A stretch of 64,000 nucleotides of DNA. Origin: Eledone cirrhosa. Taxonomy: Eukaryota. The position numbers and the translations under genes are program-made. The stretch is from the NCBI GenBank assembly GCA_964016885.1, contig OZ024742.1:318432001-318496000 (forward strand). The letters are read 5' to 3'. Of this stretch, positions 53,230 to 64,000 are shown piece by piece (within the stretch, counting starts at the first letter, position 1; the number at the start of each line of letters is the position of its first letter). The notes below the pieces were generated by a model. That model had not been told where the DNA came from and ran no database searches. It saw nothing but the letters and a program-made list of their open reading frames with translations.

Positions 53230-56200
53230 AATAAAACAATATTATGAAGAATAATTAATCAAAATGGAAACATGGAAAAGAGACACCAGCTGGTCTGAAA
53301 ACACTGTACCCACAACAACTGACAATAAAGAAACTGAAAAAACTCTGGGAAACTAAATCAGAACAACCTGCCATCCCCTGCACATAATCATAGACTGGAA
53401 TCAAGGTACAAATTGTTGTCCTTGAATGCACGTAGTCTATGCAATAAGATTCATCTTTTTTACTCCTACGTCAAAAGTATCAACCCTGACTTCATTACAG
53501 TCACGGAAACTTGGGCACATCCCTTACTCTGTGATGGGGTTTTCAGCATGACTGGCTACAACCTGTTTCGTAAAGACCGCATTAATCATGGTGGTGGTGG
53601 TGGTGTAATGGTCTACGTTCGATCAAATCTGTCGGCAATTCCTTGTGTTGATTTGAACCAATCACAGCAGGAAGTTTTTTTCTGCGATATACGTATGACC
53701 ATGTCAACACTGCTACTTGGAGTCGTTTACCGTCCCCCAAATTACCATCAGGACACTCAACTTTGTGATATCCTCAGAGCTGTTGCCAGGAAGACAGCCA
53801 CTTATGTTTTCATTGCAGGAGACTGAAGATTGACTGAAGATTGACTGAAGATTGACTGAAGATTGACTGAAGATTGACTGAAGATTGACTGGGAAACCTT
53901 TCATTGGCCGCCAACTGCAAATGACTTCCTTGAGCTAGTGCTGGACTCGAGTTGGTCCCAAGTGGTCACCTCCCCAACAAGAGGTGACAACACTTTGGAC
54001 CTACTCTTCACCACTACTCCTGAACCGGTCATTAGTGTTACGGCTGAGGAACCTTTAGGTGACTCTGATCATGCTATGATCATTGCCAATCTATCTCTCA
54101 TGGGCAGTAACAAGAACCACAACCATCTCCAAACTGCTCACTTTGACTAGAATAAAGCAGACTGGAACTGTTACTGCACCGAGTTGCAACGGCCAAACTG
54201 GCTTGAGTTCTACGACTCTGGAGATGTCAACACTGTACTCCAGAACATCCTAAGCTCAATATGGACAGCATGTGCAGCAGCGGTGCCATGTAAGCGGAAA
54301 AAAACATCCCAAAAGTGCAATTTGGGAGACTGCAGCAGTCCGTCTTGTCAGAAAAGAATGGTGCAATGCTGAACGTGAGTACAAACTTCACAAATCAGAC
54401 ATTAATAGGAAGAGGCAAAATAGATCGTCCAACCACCTCAAACAGGTGACAAAAAAGGCAGTGCTTCAATTTGAGCAGCGCATAGCAACCAGCCCTGACA
54501 GTAAGGTGTTCTGGAAGTATGTTCACTCAAAGCAGAGGCCTCGCTCTCCAGTTGGTCCTCTTCGCAATCCCCACACAAGCCAGGTTACTGACGACCCCAA
54601 GGAATGCGCAGAGCTCATTGCTGAATGCTATGCAGGCATTTTCACTATTGAAGACCAGAGTGTACCATCTCCACCACCTATGACACCGGACTCTATTACA
54701 ACCATGGAATTTACACCTGCAATGCTGCGACGTCACCTAAAAAATAAACGCAACCATGCCTCTCCTGGTCTTGATGGTGTTACGTACCTGCTTCTTAAAC
54801 GTGGTGGATACTTCCTTCTGCACCAGTTATCACGTTTCTTCCAATTCTGTCTGAACAACAGTGCTACTCCAGAACAGTGGAAAACTGCCAGTGTCATTCC
54901 TCTGTTCAAAAAGGGTGACCGCACATCACCTGTGAACTATTGTCCAGTCAGTCTTACTAGTTGCATCGTCAAACTGATGGAATCCTGTGTCAGAGAAACA
55001 CTTTGGAACTTTTGGAGCTCTCACAGTCTTATCCGGCCCTCGCAATTTGGATTTATCCCCAACTCCAGCTGCTGTGATCAACTTATCGAGTTTCTTGAGG
55101 ACATCACCCGGATCACTGATGGCGGCTCATGGGTGGATGTTGTTTACCTTGACTTTGCGAAAGCCTTCAATTCTGTGCCACACAAAAGGCTTATGGCAAA
55201 ACTCTCTGCAATGGGTGTGAAGGATGATCTTTTTAACTGGTTGAAGTCCTTCATTCTCAGTCGAAGAGAAGTAGTCACGGTTCTCTGACAGCATTCCTCA
55301 CCATATGAGATGTCATCTGGTGTACCACAGGGATCTGTTATTGGCCCCCCTTTGTTTGTGGTATATATTAATGACATAGATGCCAACTTAAAGAATGCCA
55401 CGGTACTAAAGTACGCAGATGACATCAAGCTGTACCTTGAGATAAAAAGGACAGATCCTGAACACTATAGATCTTGCTTGCAGTCTGACCTGGACACAAT
55501 GCAACAATGGATCTCAGACTGGCAACTCAAGCTAGCTGTGGACAAGTGCACCACCATGCATTTTGGGAGTAAAAACCCAGCGTCCACATACTCTCGCCAC
55601 ATCACTAATATCAAGAAGTCTTCTTGTGAACGTGACCTGGGCATTACGGTCAGCAGCGATTTGCGTTGGACGAAGCACGTCTCTAAAATTGTCAAGAGGG
55701 CCGAGGGTGTCTTAGCATCCCTCAGCAAGACCTTTGTCAGCCGCTCTCCAGCTATCTATTTAAGGCTGTACATGGCTATGGTGCGGCCACACTTAGAATT
55801 TGCATCACCAGTCTGGAACCCCTATCTTGCTCAGAACATTGACTGCCTGGAAACTGTTCAGAGACGTGCAACCAAGCGAATACCCTCCATCAGGCATCTA
55901 CCATACTCTGAGCGCCTTGCTTCCTTGGGCATGGATACATTGAAGTTCTGATGCCTGGCAACTGACTTGGTAAACACCCACAAAATTGTTAACCATCTTG
56001 CCAACAACAACCCTGAGTACCTTTTTGATTTCCATGTGTCTAACACACGTGGACATGCCCACAAAGTCAGAAAACAGCACAGCTCCCATGACTTTCGGAA
56101 ACATTTTTTCACGCTCAGAGTTGCTGAAGCATGGAACAAACTCCCTGCATCAGTTGTTAGCTGTCGAGACACTGCATCCTTTAAGGCCTTCATGCTTCCC

Positions 56201-56381
56201 AAGATCCGCCAACACTGCAGCTAATGTTCCCCCTCCATACACATACACACATGTATACCATGACTCATACACTATTCACTTCCCTGACATTTGTGTATTA
56301 TTCTATGTACTATACATACACCTTTGACGAGTTGTAGTGCACCTGAGCACTTTACACAATAATTTCATTATTATTATTATT
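53230..56381 (+). mobile_element. CR1-clade LINE, near-complete ORF2 (APE endonuclease + RT), inactivated
   Basis: EN motifs LNARSL, VTETW, GGGVMVYV, YRPP, SDH. RT motifs YLDFAKAF, GVPQGS, YADD. C-terminal NTRGH and (ATT)n tail. Stops or frameshifts at ~53825, 54150, 54300, 55288 and 55951. The 5' boundary is approximate. Confidence 0.93.
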
Positions 56382-56655
56382 GTTATAAAATCTTGTTGCT
56401 GTGTGATCCCAAATCAGTTCTGCTTAAGTCAGCCTATAATAATGACATTCCAACTATGACTATCCCTTTTTTTCTTTTTCAAAAGTACTGTACTATGGAC
56501 CATATTATCCAATGTGGTGGTTTTTTTATGTGATTTAAAGGAGATTTGACTGTTATCTCTAACAAGTCAAGTGGCCATGTTGTTTGTTATTATTGTTGAT
56601 GTTAATTTTTTTTCTTTTCTACAAAGTATTCTTTTTTCTCTTCTATTAACTTTAG

Positions 56656-56694
56656 TGTTGAGAGCTCGAAATTTGGTGGCAAAGGGAAAGGGAG
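56656..56694 (+). CDS. RAB11FIP: Class I Rab11 family-interacting protein (RAB11FIP1/2/5, Rip11-like), C2-domain micro-exon: (V)LRARNLVAKGKG(G)
   Basis: tttag|TGTTGAGA...GGAG|gtaagt; 39 nt, phase 1-1; splices in frame to 63747. Matches the TVLxARxLxAKGxxG start of the FIP C2 domain. Confidence 0.88.
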
Positions 56695-56957
56695 GTAAGT
56701 GTTGAATGTTTATGTCTCTCTTACATTGATGACTGATTCTTTCTTAACCCTTTCAATATCAATCCAGCCAAAACTGAAACTGGTTCTACAATACAAAAAC
56801 TGTTTGTTTTAAAATGCTTACGTTTAGCTAAAGGCCCTCCATCATAAATTTATGCAAGCATCTTAAAATTTTGTTCAAACACCAGCTTAATGATAAACTT
56901 AGTTATGTTACTTAAAATTCAAGCTATATCTATCTATCTATCTATAGCTGATTTGAA

Positions 56958-58422
56958 GGAATACGAAAGGTTCACAGGAGCGAAGCTGAACCGGGACAAG
57001 TCCATCGGTTTGCAACTTGGATTGTGGAGAGGCAAACCGATGCCTTCCGATGGCGTCGTCGGACACTGGACGGAAGGACCGGTAAAGCTGCTCGGGGTCT
57101 GGTTTGGTCCGGACCTCCAGGTGGAGAAGAACTGGAACGAGGTGACGGCCAAGGTGTTTGCACTCACCCAGAAGTGGGCCGAGTGCAAACTATCCTTGAA
57201 AGGTCGAGCGGAGGTGGCGAACACTTTTATAGCGTCCGCCATCTACTACCGCTTGACCGTCGTGCCTTGTCCAGCCAAAATGCTCACCAAAGTGGAGCGC
57301 GCGCTCTTCCAATTCCTTTGGTGAGAAGATCCATCTGCTGCCAACACCCTTTCAACAGAGGGCTGGGGATGCCGTGGCTGACGATGCGCAAACACACGCT
57401 CAGGCTGCAGCATCTCGACGTATTCCTCACCGGACAACCGGTGTGGGCCCCGTTCGTGAGGCGAGCCTTCCCACGACTCGTCTCGCTGACCGAGCTGCAG
57501 TCCTGGGTCAAGCAAAGACCGAGAAAAATGGGCAACTGGCACATCGAATGTGCTCAGGCGCTCACAGCCCTCTGGCAGGCGGACTCGGCGATCAGTGGAG
57601 ACTCCACTTCGTCATTCTATAGAGGGTTGATCCGCAGCAAGTGCGACGACGCGCTCGGTGGAACTCTAGGCATAGAGGAAGACGAACTGGCCTGGCTGTG
57701 TTACCGAGGAGCTCTACCAGTTCGAGACAAGCTCTACAGACATGGGCGCCCGGGCAGGGACCCTGCAAAAAAGATCTGTCCGAGGTGTGTGCGAGACGAA
57801 GAAACCGTCGCACACGCATTCATACACTGCCCGGGCGTCACCGACCTGTGGGGCTATGTAGAACGACTATTGTCGCGGGTGGGACCAATCCGGTTGTCCA
57901 CCGAGTCCATTATCATGATCAAACCGCCACCTTCCTTCAAAAAGGAGAGGCGGTTTTCCTTTGTGTGATAGCTATGGCGAAAGAGGTTGTATGGTGGACA
58001 AGGTTGAAAGGGCTGAGGTCAGACACCTTTCTCTCCAGCCAACAACTGATTCTTTTTTTCAAATACCACTTTGGAAGAAGAATCAGGATGGAGAGAGAGG
58101 TGCTGTACCCCAGCAAGTTTTATGAAAGGTGGGTGAAAGTGGCGAGAATGGCCCGAGTGAATGGGCCTTCTCTCTATATCAGCCTGTAGGTTGAGGAAAA
58201 AGAGGAGGAAAGGAGTACAAACTCTTCGTACTCCTGAAGATGAGGGTTGCACATTTTTTTTCGGGGGTATGTGTTACCCATATGTAATGTCTCCCCCTAT
58301 TGGGGAAAATCGACTAATTTTTAAATTGCATTTGTGATAATATTTTACACGTTTTTATTGTATGTAAACTTCCCCCTTTGTATGTCCCCTTCTTTTGTGC
58401 CCCTGTGGCTAATAAAGAAACA
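56958..58422 (+). mobile_element. Tx1/L1-clade LINE, 5'-truncated, intronic
   Basis: YERFTGAKLNRDKS, KLLGVWF, LSLKGRA, GLGMP, CCHC knuckle CPRC..ETVAHAFIHC, AATAAA tail. Flanked by a near-duplication TATCTAT(A/G)GCTGATT(T)GAA. Confidence 0.88.
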
Positions 58423-58544
58423 TATCTATGGCTGATTGAATACACACGTTTTTTTTTCTCCCTCTTTTTTTTTTCCTTCATTTTTCACCATTCCTTCCTC
58501 TTATCACTTTTTTACTTTCTATTTATCTTCTATTTGTGAATCTA

Positions 58545-58580
58545 TCTTCTGATGAAGGACCAATGTCTAAAACGTTAAGA
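58545..58580 (+). ncRNA. Minimal type I hammerhead motif with GAAA mutated to AAAA (Penelope-like repeat)
   Basis: TCTT-CTGATGA-A-GGAC-caat-GTCT-AAAA-CG-TT-AAGA. Confidence 0.55.
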
Positions 58581-60139
58581 CTCTCTTCCTGCTATTTCAA
58601 GTGTTAAACTAATATATTTCTTCCATGTACTGTGTCATTTGTTTTGTTATTTTTGTTATTTCTGTTTACCTTATATATATATATATATATATATGTGTGT
58701 ATATATATTTATATTTACCAGTATATGAGGATCTGAAAGAGCTGTGGATACTCCCTCTGTTCTTTAGACTATCTCAACAAAATAATCTCTCTTCATAGTC
58801 AACACCCTACTTGTGTAGATTATTGTCATATAAGAAGTGTATGTGTGGGTGTATGTCTGTCTGTGTGTATGTGTGTATGTCTTTATTGTTTGTGTGCAAA
58901 TCTGTATGTATGGATATTTGCATGAGTGTACATCTGTATGTGTGTATATGTGAACAAGTATACATGTGATTGTGTGTGTATGTGTGTGTGGTATAATCAC
59001 ATGCACCCTCTCAGGAGAAGTACCCACTTAAATTCATGAAATAAATATTGACCAACATAAAATACATTTGAGATGTTGAGGAAAAAGCTAGCAAGAAGTT
59101 AACTGTAATAGCAGCAACAACAGCAGCAGCAGCAACAACAGAAGCAGCAGCAACAGAAACAGCAGTAGCTATTCTAATTAATTGACACTTGTCAACAAAT
59201 CAGCATTACACCAATTGAAACACCAACAAAAACACATATTTACAAGTCAAAAAGAGTTTGAGGGTGGTGTGAATAGCTAGCTAGCTAAACAACTAGACAG
59301 ATAGATGTGGTTATGTTATATAGAAGGGCTGTGTTGGAAAATACCCAGCCAACCCATAGAGACAGGAAAGTAACCATAAAATGATGATGATATGGATCTG
59401 TTGATAAATGAATCAATAGATTATAGATTGATAAATGAATCTATAGATATATAGATTTATAAGTAGAAAGATAGATGAATCTATAGATCAGAGGTTCTCA
59501 AATTGGGTGCTACCGCTCCCGGGGGCGAGGGGCATTGAAAAGGTCCAGAAGCCACTGCAGCCTAAAGGGGTGGTAGAGATGATATAATAGTATATCAAAT
59601 GATACATATTATATATAAATATAGTAAATAAAAAATATACAATTTATACATAGTATTTATTATATATAAATTAACGATTTTATTTATTATATATTATTTA
59701 CAATTTACTTGTAGGCAGGTCTCTCTGGAAATAGGGGTGGGGGCATTGAGGGTATTACGTGGCTGTGAGCGGGGAGGTACCCCAAATAGTTTGAGAACCT
59801 TCGCTGTAGACGGATAGCTGGATCTATAGATATATAGATCCATTACCTGACATACCCAGCTTCACCTGGATAAACAGATGATAAGAGAAGACAGGTAGAA
59901 AAGAAAATGAGTGTATGGTTTACAGTATGAGGCGAGACCATGGTGTGTGTGTGTGAGTGTGACACAAAAAAAAGACAGTAAAAAAATCTTCCAGATACAC
60001 CAGATTCTTCGTTTTACTGTTCATGCATAGGTAGGTAGATAGATAAATAGATAGGTACTCTCGGTTTCGATTAATACTCTCTCTATATATATTAGGTCTG
60101 AGCATAGTGGAACCAAACTCTCACCCCTCTGTCTCTATT

Positions 60140-60470
60140 GCTCTCCCCATCTCACACTATTATAAGCAAATGGGGGCCATTGCGCTAGCTGCCCCGGGGG
60201 CCTAGTGGACAGAATTGAAAAGGCGTTTCCCGAAAGGATGGTGAGGGAGATGCATTGGAAGAGCCGTTGCAGCTCGCAAGGCTCACACCTGCAGGTAGCC
60301 AACTTCGTGCCGATAGTGGTGAGTAGGGAGATGGTCCTAGAGCCAAGGACACGAGAAGTCTCCACTGCTACGGGCTCAACTGTAAACTTGTCAGAAACCA
60401 ACCTATATTTGGAGAGTTTACCTTCCTCGGCCCAAAGTGCAGCAGAGCCTAATTATTCTTCTGCCTAGAA
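60140..60470 (-). pseudogene. C-terminal restriction-like-endonuclease fragment of a CRE/R2-group non-LTR retrotransposon
   Basis: PVAVETSRVLG...LFQCISLTILSGNAFSIL resembles the P.AVET.G..G...LFQR.S...QRGNA.S motif. Confidence 0.7.
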
Positions 60471-62219
60471 CACTAAACAACTACCACCATCAGTTTTTTT
60501 GTGTTTTTTTTTTACCTTTTAGCATTTACTCTATATATACTATTATATTTTTGTGGTAACAGCTTTGCCTCATATATTATCTCACATAATATTGAATCTA
60601 TGAGATTTTGATATTATTTATTTTGAGAACAATACCTTAATATCAGTATGAATGGCCGGTTACGGCCGGTTTGAATAGAAAAACGTGAAAGAATTCTGGC
60701 CAGATACAGCCAGTTTAAATGCTAAAAGGTTAAGTAGTACATAATATACAGTCTGTTGAATTAACTTGGGTTTCATATTGATAATCTGTTATTGATCTTT
60801 ATAAAGAGAGGAGAAAACTGTAGAGCAGCAGACTAAATGTCCTATATAACATTTAGTTTCATCTCTTGACACGTCTATTATCCCTTCAATAAGCAATAAA
60901 AGTACCAAAATAAAAATATATTAGTAAGGATTTCAGTCTCTTAAATGTGTGGTCTGAAACATTACAACGTCTACATTTTAATCATATCTCATTGTATACA
61001 TACAATTACTATTAAAGGAAATAACTTCGTTTAGGGACACAACACTATGGTAAAGGACGTGCGTCTACATGTGAGAACACAGATACCTAAATGTGGAATA
61101 TTACGCGATGCCCCCCCCCCCCTCCCCACCACCACCACACACACACACATACACACACACATACACACACAGCCCCGGCAAGAGAGACGTGTTGGAAAAG
61201 CCACTCCAGCTCGCGGAGTTCACACCTGTTCTGTTGTTGAATCAACTGAATGTCTAACTCTGGAATTAATCTCTAAGTGGTTGAGTATTCCACTACATAC
61301 AACTACCTTTTTTCATTCACCAGCTTGTATCAGGTGGTGACAGCTGTTATGTGGTGGGGGTGGTATGGTGATGATGGGGGTGGTAGCAGAGAAAGTAAAG
61401 GCAGGATGTCACTGTTGTTGTTGTTGTTAGTGGTGGTGGTGGTGGTGGTAGCAGCAGTGATGGCCTGCAGAGGCAGGATGTCACTGCTGTTGTTGGGGTG
61501 GTGTTGATAGAAGCTGAGGCAGGACATCACTGTTGCTGTTGTGGTGGTGGTGGTGGCAGTGAAAGCAGAAGTAGTGCACCACTATCACTGCTGTTGTAAT
61601 AGTAATGATTACTAATTTTGGCAGCAATTTGGAGGAAGGGGAAAGTTGATTATATCCACTCCAGTATTTAACTAATACTTTATTTTATTCACCCTGGAAG
61701 GATGAAAGGTAAAGTTGACCTTGGCAGGACTTAAACCCAGAACATAGAAAGTCCTAACTACCGTATTTCCCAGCGTGAAGACGCTACTTTTTTCCTAAAA
61801 TAAGTCTCAAAATCTACCATGTGTCCTGGAGGCCAAAGGTTGTTTATTTGTTTTCAAATTTTTGGTTGTCAAAATTAGGGTGTGTCCTCGAGGACGAAGC
61901 ATCTTCTGCGCCGGGAAATACAGTAGTTAACACAAAACATTGTGTCTGACATTCTACTGATACTGCAAGCCTTCTGGTGCTAAGGGGCTTTTGTGGCTTA
62001 AGCCCCTCCAATAATATGAAAACTTGTTGAATGATCTCCTTTTCAGCAGCTTGGAGAATCAAAACCTGGCAACAATCCAGCATGGGGTGGAAAACATTTA
62101 ATTTGCTCTGCATTTTAAATATTTACAAAGCATTAACTGATGAAATTGATGTGGTCTTTGGCGGAAAGGATTTTGTTTCCAAGAGCTATGATAGTTACAG
62201 CATATTTGGAATAGTTGTC

Positions 62220-62625
62220 AGTGGTGTTGGTGGATATAGTTTAGTAGTTGTGGTGCTGGGTGTGGTGTGGTGTTGCTGGGTGTGGTGTTGGTGGATGTGC
62301 TGTTGGTGGGTGTGGTGTTGATAGTTGTACTGTTGGTGGGTATGGTGTGATGGATGTGCTGTTGATAGTTGTGCTGTTGGTGGGTGTGGTGTTGATAGTT
62401 GTGCTGTTGATAGTTGTGCTGTTGGTGGGTGTGGTGTTGATAGTTGTGCTGTTGATAGTTTTGCTGTTGGTGGGTGTGGTGTTGATAGTTGTTCTGTTGA
62501 TGGGTGTGGTGTCAGTGGGTAGTTGTAGTGTTGGTGGGTGTGGTGTGGTGTTGGTAGTTGTTGTTGGTGGGTGTGGTGTTAGTGGGTAGTTGTGATGTTG
62601 CTGGGTGTGGTTGGTTTGGTGTCAG
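62220..62625. repeat. GT-rich minisatellite (GTTGATAGTTGTGCTGTTGGTGGGTGTG)
   Basis: Seen directly in the sequence. Confidence 0.85.
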
Positions 62626-62949
62626 CAGTTCCATAGTCATGAGAGCTTCCCTAATGCTGGGTGACCTACACCATAAATGATCATGTTCACTCTGTAAAAT
62701 GGTTGGTGATAGGAAGGGCATCCAGCCATAGAAAACCTGCCAAATAAAAGGTTGGGAAGACTCTTCAGCTATACCAAAGACATGACAACTTTCCTAGTGT
62801 TGGTGCCACAATTAAATACCCTCGCTAGAGCCTGGGATCATATGCTGAGCTCCTGGCCCACTTGGAAGTTAGAGACTCTGCTTGAGTGATGATATGTCCA
62901 ACCCTTGCTCGCAGGGAAAATGGACATTAAACAATGACAATGATATATA

Positions 62950-63252
62950 TCATCATCATCATCACCGTTTAACGTCTGTTTCCATGTTAGAATGGGTTAG
63001 ACGGGTTGTCTCGTTTGAGGCAAGTTGGGTTAGGGCTGGGTGATTTTTGTCATGACACCTACATGACCACTTTACAGTGTTGCCTGGAGGCTTCACTAGA
63101 TGTATGCTACAGCCTGTCCTCATGAGAGATGTATTAGAGGGTGGAGTGGGGTTGGGGTAGTGCATACTATATATATGTATACTTGAGCTTCAGCCTCTGT
63201 GTCCATGGGAAGGCGGGTCTTCTGTATTACTGTGTAACGCCAGAGATTCCAG
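62950..63252 (-). mobile_element. RTE 3'-end fragment
   Basis: LWRYTVIQKTRLP plus 3' UTR and (GAT)n tail. A similar + fragment lies at ~48065-48437. Confidence 0.85.
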
Positions 63253-63348
63253 TCCTCTGTGTGTGTGCGTGTGTGTGTGTGTGTGGAGAGAGAGAGATTT
63301 AATAGAATCAAAGTCAGCATTGCAGCATGTATACAAACTTTATTTGAG

Positions 63349-63434
63349 ATATTACAATTGTTTCAATATCAATCAGCTCGGGGTACAATCCAGATGATGG
63401 AGCCCTGACTCTTTTTCAACATCTCGTCAGATAT
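63349..63434 (-). ncRNA. Type I hammerhead ribozyme motif with intact catalytic core and extended stem II
   Basis: Minus strand ATAT-CTGACGA-GATGTTGA...TTGATATT-GAAA-CAATTG-TA-ATAT, followed by AATAAA; palindromic stem III ACAATTGT. Confidence 0.7.
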
Positions 63435-63746
63435 ACGAGTTTATATGTGCAGAGACACATCTAAACTTTGCACACATTATCCTTGAAATTGATGAAAGTA
63501 CCATTTAAATATTTATGTGTTGTGGTTTTGGATCAAAAAGTATTTTTCAGCTTCTTAGGATAAAAAAATTATCTTAATATTTAATAAGATAGCTTTCCTC
63601 TCTATATATTTCACTAATCCCTTAACATTTGTTAAACCCTTCCCCCCCACTCTGTTCCACATCCATACATATGCTCTCCCCAACTCCACAAACCTCTATG
63701 CACGTGTTGCAGATATGTGTATGCGTATGACTTTTCTTGTTGCTAG

Positions 63747-63849
63747 GTAACAATGATGTCTTTGCCACAATACAGCTGGGTAAAGAGAAATACCAGACAA
63801 CCACAATAAAGAAAGCCCGCAATCCAGAATGGTTTGAAGAATGTGATCT
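63747..63849 (+). CDS. RAB11FIP: Class I Rab11 family-interacting protein, C2-domain exon: (G)NNDVFATIQLGKEKYQTTTIKKARNPEWFEECD(L)
   Basis: cttttcttgttgctag|GTAAC...GATCT|gtaagt; 103 nt, phase 1-2. IQLGKEKYQT..P.W.EEC is diagnostic of the Rab11-FIP class I C2 domain. Confidence 0.95.
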
Positions 63850-64000
63850 GTAAGTACTGAAAACTTTTTATTACAATTACACCGGGGATGGGGGGGGGGG
63901 GGGGGGCAGTAACATTGGTGTGGAGGTGTGGTTGTGATGGCAGTAGTGATAGTAGTTATAATAGTGTGGTAGTTGTGGTGGTAGCAGTATAGATAATAGT

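Overview
AT-rich, repeat-saturated eukaryotic (animal) DNA with no prokaryotic operons or CRISPR arrays. The mix of RTE/CR1/Tx1 LINEs, tRNA-derived SINEs with RTE-type (GAT)n tails and TA/TG microsatellites suggests a mollusc, most likely an octopus; this is an inference. The only host gene I can recognise is a class I Rab11 family-interacting protein, seen as two spliced + strand exons of its N-terminal C2 domain (56656-56694 and 63747-63849). The rest is intronic or intergenic. It holds five copies of an RTE LINE whose reverse transcriptase carries an inserted PHD finger, a decayed CR1 LINE, a Tx1/L1-like LINE, CRE- and Penelope-like fragments, piggyBac-, hAT- and Tc1/pogo-type MITEs, many SINEs and several minisatellites, including a 5.4-kb array of 15-bp units. 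Most ORFs in the supplied track are repeat or antisense artefacts. The most notable unexplained signal is a set of about eight type I hammerhead-ribozyme-like motifs: one with an intact core at 63349-63434, and one core-mutated copy that overlaps a possible first exon of a minus-strand micro-exon chain.
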